This document shows, one piece after another, positions 49,486-61,529 of a stretch of DNA of 64,000 nucleotides (positions are counted from its first letter, which is position 1; each line of letters starts with the position of its first letter). Position numbers and translations under genes: made by a program. This DNA is from an uncultured Pseudomonadota bacterium (GTDB lineage Bacteria > Pseudomonadota > Alphaproteobacteria > Acetobacterales > Acetobacteraceae). Under the pieces are notes generated by a model. The model made no database searches. It saw only the letters and a program-made list of their open reading frames with translations, and was not told the origin of the DNA. The stretch spans positions 21,303 through 85,302 of the forward strand of contig CAVXKT010000007.1 in the NCBI GenBank assembly GCA_963762525.1, given 5' to 3'.

Positions 49486-51874
49486 TAGAACCTCGTGCCG
49501 AAGCCGAACCGGAATATCTGGGTGGTGTCGTATTTCTGCTTGATCACGAACGGCGTCAAATCGATGTTGATGAGGCCGAACGGCGTGCGCCATGAGACGC
49601 CAACGCCGACACCGACGCGCGGCGCCGTCGACTGAACGACGGTCGGACATACGCCGTTCGGCGCTCCCTGGCAATTCGGCGACTCGAAGCTGCCCTGCGA
49701 TAGCGATCCGACATCGACGAAGGTACGACCGGAAATGCCGATATCCGGCGGCAGCGGCAACGGGAATCGCAGTTCGGTCGATTGCGTGTAGAGGAATCGG
49801 CCGCCGACCGAATCGACCGTGCCGTCCGGGTTAACCACATGCGGGCCGGCGCCGCCGATTTCGAAGCCGCGCAGATTGTCGCCGCCGAGGTAGAATCGAT
49901 CGATGATCAATTCCTGACGGCCGAGATTGAACAGATACCCGGCGCCCGCCGAGACGCGCGATTCCCCAGTCGCTGTTGCCGGTGAAGTAGTCGAGCGGGA
50001 TGTAATAGGCGCCGTCCACGCGCGTGCGCGCAAATCGCGCCGAGCCGCCGAAGCCGGCCAGATCGCCGCCAAGCGAGATCAGGTAGCCGGTGTGCGGCGC
50101 CACCCGACTGTCGCGATAATCCAGTGTCAGAACCTGGCTCACCTGCGACAGCAATGACGAACCGGACTGGCTGAGGATGAAGAAGTCGGTGGTGGTCACG
50201 TCGTAGACGTCGCGGCTGACCAGCGAGTAGCTCCAGACCTGCCGCAAATGCTCGTTGATGTCGTAGCCGAGACGGGTCGTAAAGCCGACCCGGCGCTCGT
50301 TATAGGGCTCCGTCCCCAGCGTGTTGGTCTGGATCAGGAAGGCGTCGCCGCCGGCGAGGAGATTGCGGCCGAGAAAATACGGGTTGTTCACCGAGAGGTT
50401 GATCGAGCTCTGCCGCTGCGCCAGCACGCCGTTGATGCCGGCGTCGATGCCGCTGCCGATGAAGTTGCTCTCGCGAATGCCGGTCGAGACCAGGAAACCG
50501 GCATCGGTGGAGTAGCCGCCGCCCAGGCTGAACTCGCCGGTGGACTTCTCATCGACCGCGGTGGTGACGATCGCCTTATCCGGTGCCGAGCCGGGGGCGG
50601 TGGTGATCGTAACGTTATTGAAATACCCAAGATCCTGCAGCCGTTGGCGTGAGCGGCGCAGCAGCTCCTGGTTGTAGGCGTCGCCTTCCGCAATCCGGAA
50701 CTCGCGGCGGATCACCTCATCCTCGGTGCGCGTGTTGCCGGTGATGTCCATGCGCTCGACATAGACGCGCGGCCCTTCGGTGACGTCGAAGGCCAGGGAC
50801 ACCGTATGCGCCTTCGGGTCCCGCTCGATGCGTGGAGTTACCTGCACGAAGGCGAAGCCGCGGGTGCGGATGGCATCCTCCATGGCATCGGCGCTACGTC
50901 CCACCGCTTCGCCGTCGTACCAGTCGCCCTCGGCGAGCTTGAGGTCGGGGCGCAGCTGCGCCGCCGTCACCCCGCGCAACTGCGAGTTGATGGTGATCTT
51001 GCCGACCCGGTAGCGCTCACCCTCGTGCAGCACGAAGGTGAGAAAGAACGACTTGCGATCGGGCGCCAACTCAGCCGTCGCACTGGTGATCTCGAAGTCG
51101 ACATAGCCGTGCTGGAGGTAGAAGCGGCGCAGTAGCTCCTTATCGAAGCCGAGCTTTTCCGCGGTGTATTGGTCGGCGGTGGAAAGAAACGCCCACCAGC
51201 GCTGCGGGCGGCTGTTGACGACATCGGCGAGAGTGCCCTCGCCATAGGCATGGTTGCCCACGAAGACGATGCGGCTGATCAGCGTCTCCGGCCCGTCATG
51301 GATGCGGAACACCAGGTTGACCCGGTTCTCCGGCAGGCGAATGATCTCGGGCTCCACCGTGGCGTCATAGCGGCCGCGCGCGGCGTAGGCGTCCAGAATG
51401 CGCTTGCGGTCCGCCTCGGCGGCACCGGGGGTGAACACCGCGCGCGGACGAAGCTGGGTGACGCCATTGAGCTGATCGTCGTTCAAGACGTGGTTGCCCT
51501 CGTAGACCACGCGATTGACGATCGGATTCTCGACCACCCGCACCACCAGCGCATCGCCCTCGGGAGTGATGCTCACATCCTGGAATAGCCCGGTCGCGTA
51601 AAGCGTCTTCAAGCTCCGGTCGATCTGCGCCGGATCGGCGGGTTGGCCGGGCTGGACCAGCATGTATGACCGGATGGTCGTCGCGTCGATGCGCCGATTG
51701 CCTTCGAACTCGGATCGTCTGCACGACGCCCGCCGGAGCGCGTGCAACGGCGGCTCTGGGAACGGCGCGCCCGGCCGGGGTCTGCCCGAAGGCATCCGTC
51801 ATCGCAAGCAGCGGCAATATACAGGCGCAGACAAGCAGGATGGCGCGAGCAGGGGGCAAACAACAGGTCTCCAA
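49485..51874 (-). pseudogene. bamA: Outer membrane protein assembly factor BamA, two frame changes as sequenced (about 51707 and 49968)
   Basis: Signal METCCLPPARAILLVCACILPLLAM...VVQTIR. Then EGNRRIDATTIRSYML...POTRA repeats...YIPLDYFTGNSDWG (ORF 49831..51795). Then SRVSAGAGYLFNLG...FRFGFGTRF (ORF 49485..50072). Confidence 0.9.
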
Positions 51875-52103
51875 AGATGCCGGGAAGCGAATTGACTCGG
51901 TTCCGGAGGACCCGGATGGCGCGGGACCATAGCCGCGTGCCTCGCGTCATGCCAGCGGGAGGCGAGCGTCGTGCGATCGGTCCTCGACACAACGGGCGCG
52001 CGGATGCGTGCGGTGACATGATCGCCACCGCCCGCGGCTTACGGCGCCGGGTTTCGGCAGACGATCGCTCGCGCACGACCCGCTTGACCCGATTCCGACC
52101 GTT

Positions 52104-52808
52104 TTGGCATTGACAGCCATGGCTTTTCGGTTCGGTCCGATTCTGACGATTGCGCTTCTGCTGCCGATCGCCACGCGGGCCGAGGCGCCGCCCAACCCGA
52201 AGCCGCATCTTGCCGCCAACGCGCCGGCCCATCAGTCGTCCCATCACGGCGGCAAGGCCCGAATTCCCGCCGCCGGCGGCAAGATCGCCAAGGCCAAACC
52301 AGCGAAAAAACCTGAGCCGACACCCGCGCCCGCGCCCGTTGCGGCCCCGTCGCCGCCCGAGAACCCGGCCAAGGGCAGCGTCACCGGCCTCACGCTGCCG
52401 CGCTTCGCAGCGCTGCGCGCCGACGAGGTCAATTTGCGGGCCGGGCCGGGGCGGCGATACCCGATCGAATGGCTCTACCGTCGTCGCGGGCTGCCGGTGG
52501 AGATCGACCGCGAGTTCGAGGTCTGGCGCCTGGTCACGACGCCCGACGGCGGCAAGGGCTGGGTGCATGAGGCGACCCTTGTCGGCCGGCGCGACTTCGT
52601 GGTGACCGGCACCGACCGCACGCTGCGCGCCGCCCCATCGGACACCGCGAGTGCCGTCGCCATTCTGCAACCCGGCGTGGTCGGCCGCATCCGAGCCTGC
52701 GACGCCGGCTCCGATTGGTGCCGGATGCAGGTCGGTCGGAAAACCGGCTGGCTGAAGCGCGACCAGTTCTGGGGCGCGCTCCCGAACGAGGCGGTGGCGC
52801 CGGGTTGA
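52104..52808 (+). CDS. Secreted bacterial SH3-like (DUF1058) domain protein
   Basis: Signal-like N-terminus, Pro/Ala/Lys-rich linker. LPRFAALRADEVNLRAGPGRRYPIEWLYRRRGLPVEI...GWVH (two SH3-like units). Confidence 0.7.
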   Translation: MALTAMAFRFGPILTIALLLPIATRAEAPPNPKPHLAANAPAHQSSHHGGKARIPAAGGKIAKAKPAKKPEPTPAPAPVAAPSPPENPAKGSVTGLTLPRFAALRADEVNLRAGPGRRYPIEWLYRRRGLPVEIDREFEVWRLVTTPDGGKGWVHEATLVGRRDFVVTGTDRTLRAAPSDTASAVAILQPGVVGRIRACDAGSDWCRMQVGRKTGWLKRDQFWGALPNEAVAPG

Positions 52809-52830
52809 GACGCTTCCCGGCGCCCCCGTC

Positions 52831-54180
52831 CTAAGTCTTGAACCCCTCCAACTCGTCCTGCGCCCAGGCGACGACCTGCTTGATGGACTGCCCTTCCTTC
52901 AATCGGGCGAGCATCTGGTTGTGGATCGCCCGCGCATAGATCTGCACCGCGATGTCGGGCGGCGCCTCCGCCGCCGCCAGGCTCGGCTCGGCGTGATGCC
53001 ACGGCCGCAACGGGTAGTTGTAGACTGTGCCCTTCGGGGGCTCCACCTCCGCCCACACCTTGAAGTCGAGAAGGCCGGCATAGGGCGGGATGTCGTAGCC
53101 TTCGGAGGCGATGCAACGCGCCTCCACCTGATCGCGCTGCATCAGATAGGTGATCAGCTCCTTGGCTGCCGACTTGTTGGTGCTGAAACCGTAAACGCCC
53201 CAGAAATAGCTGAGCGTCGGCAGGAACCGCCCTTTCGGCCCGGCGGGCGAGGGGAAGGTCCAGCAATCGGCCGCAACTTGCGGAGCGTCGCGCTTGGCCA
53301 CCGCCCACGCCGAGGGCGGGTTGAAGATCAGCGCGCTCTTGCCCGAGATCAGCGCCCGGTTGTTGGAAGCGTCGTCATAGGACACGGCGCCGTCGGGGTA
53401 GAACTTCACCAGCTTCTGCGCGTATTCGAGCATCTGCCGCATGTTGTCGGACTTGACCTGGACGGCGCCCTGACTGTCGATCAGCGTGGCGCCGAACGAC
53501 TGGAACAGCGCGCCGTGCGCATCCGTGGCGTCGGTGTTGGCGCCGCCCCCGAGCCCGAGGCCGAAGGTCATTCCCCTCGTGCTGCGCCAACTCGGCGAAT
53601 TTCAGGAACGCGTCCCAGGTCCAGTCATCGGCCTCCGGCGTGTGACTCCGGCCGCGCCGGAAACACCGTTTGCAGGTCCATCCCGTGCTTCTTGAACCAG
53701 CTGATGCGCGCGCAAGGCGGCTTGGTCTGCGTGCCCGAACGAGGTGGGGACGGCCTTCCAGTGCCCGCGCACCTTGGCCAAATAGGCGGTGGTCGGGTCG
53801 GCGGCGCCGTTGTCGGCCACCAGCCGCGCCATGACGTCGTCGACCGGCTCCAGGCTGTCGGCGAGATTGTGGATGTCCCAGTTGAAGAAGGCCATCACGT
53901 CGTGCCCGGACTTGGCCTGCGCCTCGGCGACGCCGGTCATCTGCAATTTCTGGCCGGTACTGGCGATGAAATCGGCGCGCACCTCGACCTGGTTCTTCGC
54001 CGCCCACGCGTCCACCTGCTTTTGCATCACCGGGTTGGCCTGCGGCACCCAGTGGTCCCAGAACCCTATCGTAAGCTTGCCGGCGGCGCGGCCGGTTCTG
54101 ATATGCACCAGCGGCAACGCGCTCGCCGCCGCGCCCATGCGCAGCGCCTGCCGGCGCGACAACCCGATCGAACCTGCCAT
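52831..54180 (-). pseudogene. Family-1 extracellular solute-binding protein (sugar-type ABC), at least three frame changes (about 53735, 53650, 53574)
   Basis: Tat-like leader MAGSIGLSRRQALRMGAAASALPL (ORF 53602..54180). Middle piece TQTKPPCARISWFKKHGMDLQTVFPA, then TPEADDWTWDAFLKFAELAQHEG. Last piece is ORF 52831..53571 (MTFGLGLGGGANTD...). Confidence 0.75.
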
Positions 54181-54304
54181 CTTGCGTCTCTCCCGTTTCG
54201 GTCGCGGCGGTTAGGTCCGCCTGCGCGTCAGCCTAGGCGCGGACGGGTGCCGTCCGCAACGACGCTAAAGAGCGGGAGGTGGGTTCAAACCCGGGGCAGG
54301 CTTG

Positions 54305-54643
54305 CTAGCGTTCCGTCTCGTCGGTCTCCGGCTCGACCTCGATGTCGGGGCCGATCGCATCGGCGTCGTCCTCAAGGTCGGAGGCGTCCTCCAGCACGTC
54401 CTCCTCCTCCACGTCCTCGACGCCCTCCACCTCCACCTCGGCCTCGTCGCCTCCCGCCACCGGCACGGGCTTCTTCGGGCGACGGTCCTCGGCCACATTT
54501 CCGGCCGGGCGGCGCGGCCGGGGCTGCTCCACCGGCTGTTCGGTGCCGCATTTCGGACAGATCGCCGGCGAGCGGGCCAGATCATAAAAGCGGGCGCTGC
54601 ACGCAACGCAGACGCGTTTGGTGCCGAGTTCGGGTTTCGCCAT
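54305..54643 (-). CDS. TIGR02300 (FYDLN-acid) family zinc-ribbon protein with acidic tail
   Basis: MAKPELGTKRVCVACSARFYDLARSPAICPKCGTEQ followed by an Asp/Glu-rich C-terminus. Confidence 0.8.
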   Translation of the reverse strand: MAKPELGTKRVCVACSARFYDLARSPAICPKCGTEQPVEQPRPRRPAGNVAEDRRPKKPVPVAGGDEAEVEVEGVEDVEEEDVLEDASDLEDDADAIGPDIEVEPETDETER

Positions 54644-54748
54644 GCGGGGCCTCGTGACAGCGGGCGCCCATGCCACCCGCCCGGCGGGCTGTCAAATGTC
54701 CCGTGCGCGGCGGTTCGCGCGCCGCTTGCCGCGTGCTAAGCGCCGCCC

Positions 54749-56077
54749 ATGTCCCGTTCCGCTCCGCTTGCCCTGATCGCGCGCCGCCCCTCTCGGCCGC
54801 TTACCGGCCGCACCGACGTGCCCGGCGACAAGTCGATCAGCCATCGCGCCCTGATGTTCGCCGGCCTCGCCGTCGGCGAAACGCGCATCACCGGGCTGCT
54901 CGAGGGCGAGGACGTGCTGCGGACCGCCGCCGCCATGCGCGCCCTCGGCGCCGAGATCACTCGCGAGCCCGGAATCTGGCGGGTCGCGGGTCGCGGCGTC
55001 GGCGGCCTGACAGAACCCGAAGACGTGCTGGACATGGGCAATTCCGGAACCGCCGCTCGGCTGCTCTGCGGCATTCTCGCCAGCCATCCGATCTTCGCGG
55101 TGATGACCGGCGACGCCAGCCTGCGCCGCCGGCCGATGCGCCGCGTCATCGACCCGCTGAGCGAATGCGGCGCCTGCTTTGCCGCGCGCACCGGCGGCCG
55201 GCTGCCGCTCGCCATCGAAGGCACTGCCGATGCGCTGCCTCTCGATTACGTGGTTCCGGTTCCCTCGGCGCAGGTGAAGTCGGCGCTGCTGCTCGCCGGG
55301 CTGAATGCGCGCGGCAGCACCCGGGTTACCGAAAGCCAGCCGACGCGCGATCACACCGAAAACATGCTGCGCCATTTCGGCGCCACCGTCCGCGTCGAGG
55401 CCGACGGCATCGTGGAGCTGGATGGCCAGCCGGAGCTGCTGGCCGCCGATATCGCAGTTCCCGGCGATCCGTCTTCTGCTGCCTTCCCGCTCGCCGCTTC
55501 GTTGCTCGTTCCCGGCTCGGCGATCGAGATCACCGGGGTCGGCCTCAACGGACGGCGTGCCGGATTGTTCGAGACGCTGGCCGAGATGGGCGCCGACATC
55601 GCGATCACCAATCGCCGCGATGAGGGCGGCGAGCCGGTCGGTGATGTGTCCGCCCGTCACGGCGCGCTGCGTGGCGTCGATGTGCCGGCGGAGCGCGCGC
55701 CGCGCATGATCGACGAATACCCCATTCTCGCGGTCGCCGCCGCGTGCGCAGCGGGCACCACGCGAATGCGCGGCCTGGCCGAGTTGCGGGTGAAGGAGAG
55801 CGACCGGCTCACCGCCACCGCCGCCATGCTCGCGGCCTGCGGTGCGCGCGTCGGGATCGAAGGCGACGACCTGCTGGTGCATGGTTCGGGGCATCCGCCC
55901 GCGGGCGGGGCGACGGTGGCGACGCACATGGACCATCGCATCGCCATGAGCGCTCTTATTCTCGGCCTCGCGACCACCGCGCCGGTGGCGGTGGACGATG
56001 CCGCGTTCATCGACACGAGCTTCCCAGGGTTTGCGGCGCTGATGGCCTCCTTGGGCGCGGAGTTTGCCGCTCCGTGA
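54749..56077 (+). CDS. aroA: 3-phosphoshikimate 1-carboxyvinyltransferase (EPSP synthase)
   Basis: 442 aa. [43 protein letters not shown]. Confidence 0.95.
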   Translation: MSRSAPLALIARRPSRPLTGRTDVPGDKSISHRALMFAGLAVGETRITGLLEGEDVLRTAAAMRALGAEITREPGIWRVAGRGVGGLTEPEDVLDMGNSGTAARLLCGILASHPIFAVMTGDASLRRRPMRRVIDPLSECGACFAARTGGRLPLAIEGTADALPLDYVVPVPSAQVKSALLLAGLNARGSTRVTESQPTRDHTENMLRHFGATVRVEADGIVELDGQPELLAADIAVPGDPSSAAFPLAASLLVPGSAIEITGVGLNGRRAGLFETLAEMGADIAITNRRDEGGEPVGDVSARHGALRGVDVPAERAPRMIDEYPILAVAAACAAGTTRMRGLAELRVKESDRLTATAAMLAACGARVGIEGDDLLVHGSGHPPAGGATVATHMDHRIAMSALILGLATTAPVAVDDAAFIDTSFPGFAALMASLGAEFAAP

Positions 56078-56712
56078 CGCCGTTGGTGATCGCCATCGAC
56101 GGCCCGGCGGCGGCCGGCAAGGGCACGCTGGCACGGAGTCTCGCCGCCGCGCTCGGGCTGCCGCATCTCGACACGGGCCTGCTCTATCGCGCGGTGGGTA
56201 GGATGGTTCTGGCCGGGAGCGGCAATCCGGCCGATCCGGTGGCGGCCGAGGCGGCGGCGCGGGCGCTGCAAGCAGGCGACCTCGACCGCCCCGATCTGCG
56301 CGGGCCGGAGGCCGACGCGGCCGCCAGCGCGGTCGCCGCAATCCCAAGCGTGCGCGCCGCACTGCTCGATTTCCAACGCCGCTTTGCCGCCGCGGGCGCC
56401 GTTCTGGACGGGCGCGACGTCGGAACCGTGGTGCTGCCCGATGCAACCGTGAAGCTGTTCGTCACCGCCAGCCCCGAGGCCCGCGCACGACGGCGCTGGC
56501 TGGAATTGCGCGAACGCGGCATCGACGCGTCATTGGCGGCCGTTCGCGCCGATATGGACGCCCGTGACACGCGGGATGCCGAGCGCGCCGCCGCCCCCTT
56601 GCGTCCGGCGCCCGAGGCGCTCGCCCTCGACACCACCGACATGGACGCCGCCGCGACATTCACCGCCGCGTGGCGTCTGGTGCTAGGCTATGGCCGCTCG
56701 CCTCAGACCTGA
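56074..56712 (+). CDS. cmk: Cytidylate kinase
   Basis: GTG at 56074 overlaps the aroA stop (GTGA). [20 protein letters not shown]...[11 protein letters not shown]. Confidence 0.9.
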   Translation: MTPLVIAIDGPAAAGKGTLARSLAAALGLPHLDTGLLYRAVGRMVLAGSGNPADPVAAEAAARALQAGDLDRPDLRGPEADAAASAVAAIPSVRAALLDFQRRFAAAGAVLDGRDVGTVVLPDATVKLFVTASPEARARRRWLELRERGIDASLAAVRADMDARDTRDAERAAAPLRPAPEALALDTTDMDAAATFTAAWRLVLGYGRSPQT

Positions 56713-57854
56713 TATCGCAACACGATCTCCCGGTTCTCGCGGCTCAACTCAAGCATTGCGAGACAGACCTCCATGATCGCCAGTCCCCGCGCGCCGGAAT
56801 GCAGCGGCGGCTTGCCATGTTCGACCGCACCGATCAGCTCGTCGATCACCTCCGCGCGCGGGATCGTCGGTGGCGGCAACGGTTCGAATCGACGCTCCGC
56901 ATCGCCGTACACCATCACCCCGTCGGGCAGCGGCCGCAGATCACCGCGCTCGCAGGAGACGACGACGAAGCCGAAGTGATGATGCGCGACCGGCGAAGTG
57001 CCTCCGACACCGGCCTCGCCGTAGGTGCGACGCTCCTTCGCCGCCGCTTCCGCTGCGGCAGACAGGGTGCGCAGGCGCGCCCGGGCGCTGCCGTACTCGC
57101 CGGGATCGCGTCTTTGACCGGTCTCGCCGATCCAGCCGCACAGCTCGTCGCTATCGAAATGTCCATATCCGTTGTAGGTCAGCGAGGCGACCGCGCCGTT
57201 GGCGAACGTGAGCAGCGCCGAATACGCTCCCTCGGTTCGCCGATCGGGGCGCGCATCGCAAACGGCGCGCAGCGTACTCGCCGGACCGTCGGCGAGTAGC
57301 CGCACGACGTCCACCTGATGCGGCGCCTGGCTGAAAAGCGCGCCGCCACCGCGGGCGGTTTCCAGCTCCTCGGGTCGGCGCGGACGGTCGAGATAGTCGG
57401 TGAAATTCAACGCGTTGATCGTGCGCACGGCACCGAACTCGCCGCCGTCGATCAGCGCGCGCGTGCGCAGATAGGGCAGATCGAAGCCGTGGCTGTGCCC
57501 GATCACCATGTGCACCCCCGCCGCCGCCGTCGCCTCGATCATGGCCCGGCAATCGGCCAGCGTGAGCGCCATCGGCTTCTCGACCAGCACATGTCGGCCG
57601 CGCGCGGTGGCAGCGCGCACATGTTCAAGGTGGAACTGATGCGGCGTTGCCACGTACACGACGTCCACGTTCGGGTCGGCGCAGAGCTCGTCCACCGTCG
57701 CATGAGCGGCGGCGGAGAACTCGCGGGCGAAGCGGGCGCGCGCCTCCGCGCGCGGATCGGCCGCCGCCACCAGACGAACGTCCGGGTGCCGAACCAAAGT
57801 CGGCGCCATCAGCATGAACGCGCGCCCAAGCCCGGCCGCGCCGATCCGAATCAC
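56703..57854 (-). CDS. Gfo/Idh/MocA family NAD(P)-dependent oxidoreductase
   Basis: GTG at 57854 overlaps the upstream stop (GTGA). [12 protein letters not shown]...[11 protein letters not shown]...VLVEKPMAL. Confidence 0.8.
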   Translation of the reverse strand: MIRIGAAGLGRAFMLMAPTLVRHPDVRLVAAADPRAEARARFAREFSAAAHATVDELCADPNVDVVYVATPHQFHLEHVRAATARGRHVLVEKPMALTLADCRAMIEATAAAGVHMVIGHSHGFDLPYLRTRALIDGGEFGAVRTINALNFTDYLDRPRRPEELETARGGGALFSQAPHQVDVVRLLADGPASTLRAVCDARPDRRTEGAYSALLTFANGAVASLTYNGYGHFDSDELCGWIGETGQRRDPGEYGSARARLRTLSAAAEAAAKERRTYGEAGVGGTSPVAHHHFGFVVVSCERGDLRPLPDGVMVYGDAERRFEPLPPPTIPRAEVIDELIGAVEHGKPPLHSGARGLAIMEVCLAMLELSRENREIVLRYQV

Positions 57855-58832
57855 GGAGCCGCCCCGACATCGAGCACGAGGCGATCGGATTTCGCGCGCG
57901 AGACGCACACCATCAGATGATCGCGGCGTTCCGCCGGCGTCAGGACCAGATCGCGGTGATCCACCTCGCCTTCGAGCAACCGGGTCTTGCAGGTGCCGCA
58001 GGTGCCGCTCTCGCAGGAACTCGGCACCGGCAGCCCATGCGCGCGCAGCGTCTCCATGATGGTGGTCCCGACCGGGACGTTCAGCTCCGCGCCGCTCGAC
58101 GCCCAGCTTGATCGTGAACGGCTTGTCGTCGGCGCGCGGGCGCACCAGGTCGGAGCCGAAATCCTCGAAATGGACGGCGCGGGTGGGCCAATGCCCGGTC
58201 ATGTCGCGCACCGCGTCCATCAGCGGACGCGGGCCGCAACAATAGATGTGCGCGCGCGTCGGCGTCTCGAACACCGGCCACAGATCGAACGCATTGTCGA
58301 GATCGCCCTCGTCGTGATGGATCAAGACCTTGCCCGCCAGCTCGGGCCCGGACAACTCGGCCCGGAACGCGGTACCCGGTGCGTTGCGCGAAAGGTAATA
58401 GAGTTTGAACGGCTTCTCGCCCCGGCGCGTCAGATAGCGGACCATCGACATGATCGGGGTTATGCCGATGCCGCCGGCGACGAAAATGTAGCTTGGCGCG
58501 GTGGTTGCAAGTGCAAACAAGTTCTTCGGCGATGCGACCTGGATGGTGTCGCCGTCCGCGACGCGCTCGATCAGTTCGATCGAACCGCCCCGCCCCTCGG
58601 TTTCGCGCTTCACCGCGATCACGTAGCGGTCGCGCTCGTTGGGATCGTTGCACAGCGAGTAGTTGCGCTTCGCACCGCTCGGTACCTGCACGGCGACATG
58701 CGCGCCGGGATCGAAGGGCGGAAGCTCGCCGCCATCCGGCCGGCGCAACTCAATCAATCGAATGCCGTCGGCGACCGTTTCGGTGCGGGCAACTCGCAAG
58801 GTCAGGAGGTCGGGATCATCCAACGCTTCCAT
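57851..58832 (-). pseudogene. Phthalate dioxygenase reductase-type (FNR-like + plant-type [2Fe-2S]) oxygenase reductase, 1-nt insertion near 58103
   Basis: KRNYSLCN (RxYS), FVAGGIGITPI. After the shift, SGAELNVPVGTTIMETLRAHGLPVPSSCESGTCGTCKT (ORF 57851..58057). Confidence 0.8.
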
Positions 58833-58945
58833 CCTTCAACGCTTGTAAGGACTTGGGAACGCCCGCAACCCGCAGCAAGCTCGTGGTCGGTCTCGACGCG
58901 GGCGTGGGCGGGGACTACAACTGAAGCGTCGGCGGAGAGCGCGGA

Positions 58946-60285
58946 ATGCTGACCCGGGAAGAAAACGAATTGCTGTGTCTGGTCGAAGGCGATGCGCCGA
59001 TGGGCCGCCTGATGCGCCGGCACTGGATTCCCGCTCTGCTTGCCGAACAGGTAGCCGAGCCCGACGGCACGCCGGTACGGCTCAGACTGCTGGGCGAGGA
59101 TCTGGTCGCCTTCCGCGATTCCGAGGGACGGATCGGCGTGCTGGGTGAGAAGTGCCCGCACCGCAAGGCATCGCTGGTGTTCGGGCGCAACGAAGAATGC
59201 GGCCTCCGCTGCCTTTATCACGGCTGGAAATTCGACGTCGACGGCAACGTCCTCGAGATGCCGTCGGAGCCGAGGGAGAGCCGGTTCGCCGAGCGGGTCA
59301 AGCACACCGCCTATCCGACGCGGCAGGCCGGCGGCTTCGTTTGGGTCTACATGGGATCGGCCGAGACGATGCCGGAATTCGAGCCGCCGCCCTGGGCGCC
59401 GACCGAGGCCGCAAAGGTTTCGATCGTGCGTATCGATGTGCCCTGCAACTGGGCGCAGATCATGGAGGGGCAGATCGATAGCGCGCACAGCTCCAGCCTG
59501 CACTCCTCCGACATGCGCCCCGCGCGGGTCGACAGCGCCAAGGCCGAGGGCGCGCAATGGCTCCGGCCGTCGACCGACCGCTCGCCGCGCATTCAGGTGC
59601 AGCTCACCAATTACGGCATGCGCTACGCCGCGATCCGCCGGCCGATCATGAACGCGCAGACCCGCGACTATGTGCGCATCACCACCTATGTGGCGCCGTT
59701 CACGGCGCTGATTCCGCCGAACAGCTCGTACAACGTCGCCAGCGTGATCGTGCCCAAGGACGACCGCAGCAGCTACTTCCAGTTCATCGCCTGGACCGAG
59801 GGCGAGCGGCGGCATCGACCAGGCGACCTGGCGCGAGTTCTGCGTCGCCCGGGTCGGCGTCGAGCTCGATTCCGACTTCCGCCCGATCCTGCGTCACGCG
59901 CGCAACAACTATCTTCAGGATCGGCAGGCGATGAAGGAGGGCAACTACACCGGGCCTTCCCGGCATCCCGAACCAGGACATCGCCATGTGGGAGTCGATG
60001 GGCCCGATCGCCGATCGCACCAGCGAGCGGCTTGGCGCGAGCGACATCGCGGTGATTCAGTTTCGCCGGCTGATGATCGATGCCGTCCGTCGTTTCGTCA
60101 CCGGCGGCGCGCCGATCGGCCTCGGCGCCCCGCACATCCCGCAGGCCAAGCTTCGCTCCTATCAGGGGGTGGTGCCGAAGACCGAGGACTGGCGCTTGCT
60201 GGGCGCCTCGGACGAGGAGCGGACGGTGCTGGAGGGGATCGAGGAGGATGAGACCGACCGCGCGATGGCCGGCGCGGCCGAATGA
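58946..60285 (+). pseudogene. Phthalate-family (class IA) Rieske non-haem iron oxygenase, two frame changes (about 59806 and 59952)
   Basis: CPHRKASLVFGRNEECGLRCLYHGWKF. NWAQIMEGQIDSAHSSSLH. Then GGIDQATWREFCVARVG...NYTG. Then LPGIPNQDIAMWESMGPIADRTSERLGASD... (ORF 59986..60285). Confidence 0.8.
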
Positions 60286-60326
60286 CGCCGATGCAAATGA
60301 CGTTGATGCAAATGACGCCGATGCAT
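60282..60326 (+). repeat. Three tandem 15-bp units atgacgccgatgcaa / atgacgttgatgcaa / atgacgccgatgcat at the 5' end of the binding-protein gene
   Basis: Read directly. Encodes MTPMQ-MTLMQ-MTPMH with six in-frame ATG codons in 45 nt. Confidence 0.9.
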
Positions 60327-61505
60327 ACGCGGCGCCGCGCCCTCGCCGTCCTCGCGCTCCTCGCGTCGGTCGGCCTGCTTTGGTCCGGATCATTGCGAGC
60401 GGCGGAGCCGTTCAACATCGACGTGGTGCTGCCGCTGACCGGCGCGGCGGCATTCCTCGGCTCCTCGGAGCAGAAATCGCTGGAGCAGGCGGAGAAGACG
60501 CTCGCCGGCGACGGCATCGGCGGACGGCCGATCCACTTCGTATTCCACGACGACCAGTCGAGCCCGCAGACGGCGGTGCAGCTGGCGACACAGATCGCCT
60601 CCGCCAAGCCGCCCGTGCTTCTCGGCTCGGCGGTGGTGGCGATGTGCAACGCCATGGCGCCGCTGATGCGGCGTGGCCCGGTGATGTACTGCTTCTCGCC
60701 CGGCATCTATCCGGCGGCCGGCAGTTTCGTGTTCAGCTCCAGCAACGCCACGCGCGACCTCGCCGCCACCCTAATTCGCTATTTCGGTGCGCGGGGCTGG
60801 ACCCGGCTCGGCTTGATCACCAGCACGGACGCTTCCGGCCAAGATGCGGCGAAGCAAATCAAGGCGGCGTTGGCGGCGCCGGAGAATAAGGACGTCCGCG
60901 TGATCGCCGAGGCCAGCTTCAATCCCACCGATGTCAGCGCCGCGGCGCAAATCGAGCGCCTGAAGGGAGCCGGGCCGCAAGCTCTGATCGCCTGGTCCAC
61001 CGGGGCCGGTATCGGGACGGTGTTCAAGGCGATCCAGGATGCGGGGATGAATATTCCGGTCGCCACCACGAACGGCAACATGACGTATGGGGCGATGAGG
61101 CAATACGAGGCGATCCTGCCGAAGCAACTCTACATGCCGTCCTCGCCCTGGCCGCGCGGCGACAGCAAGGGCCTGCCGCCGGCGGTTGACAACGCCAAGC
61201 GCCAGTTCTTCGCCGCCTTCGATGGCAGCGGCATCACCCCCGACGCCGCCAGTTCCTTCTCCTGGGACCCGGCGATGCTGGTCATCGCCGGGCTGCGCCG
61301 GCTCGGGCCCGGGGCAAGCGCCGAGCAGTTGCGCGCCTGGCTCGCCAAGCTCGACGGCTTCGCCGGCGTCAATGGCATCTATGACTTCCCGAAAGTGCCG
61401 CAGCGCGGATTGGGCGGCGAGAACGTCGTGGTGACGCTTTGGGATACGGCCAAGAAGAACTGGAACATCGTCAGCGCGCCGGGCGGCTCACCGCTCAGTC
61501 AGTGA
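60282..61505 (+). CDS. LivK-type periplasmic ABC substrate-binding protein
   Basis: 407 aa. After the repeat comes the RRRALAVLALLASVGLL leader. Type-I binding fold pattern. ATGA overlap with the Rieske gene stop. Confidence 0.85.
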   Translation: MTPMQMTLMQMTPMHTRRRALAVLALLASVGLLWSGSLRAAEPFNIDVVLPLTGAAAFLGSSEQKSLEQAEKTLAGDGIGGRPIHFVFHDDQSSPQTAVQLATQIASAKPPVLLGSAVVAMCNAMAPLMRRGPVMYCFSPGIYPAAGSFVFSSSNATRDLAATLIRYFGARGWTRLGLITSTDASGQDAAKQIKAALAAPENKDVRVIAEASFNPTDVSAAAQIERLKGAGPQALIAWSTGAGIGTVFKAIQDAGMNIPVATTNGNMTYGAMRQYEAILPKQLYMPSSPWPRGDSKGLPPAVDNAKRQFFAAFDGSGITPDAASSFSWDPAMLVIAGLRRLGPGASAEQLRAWLAKLDGFAGVNGIYDFPKVPQRGLGGENVVVTLWDTAKKNWNIVSAPGGSPLSQ

Positions 61506-61529
61506 GCGGTCGCGGCGAGCGCAGCGTGG

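Noticed and set aside
54239-54257. Perfect hairpin gcggacgg-gtg-ccgtccgc downstream of the FYDLN gene, as an intrinsic terminator.
   Set aside because: No U-tract follows on the relevant (minus) strand. It may still be a structural element, but it cannot be called a terminator from sequence.
54281-54294. tRNA T-loop-like gggttcaaacccgg, as a tRNA or tRNA fragment.
   Set aside because: No acceptor, D or anticodon arms can be folded from the flanking sequence.
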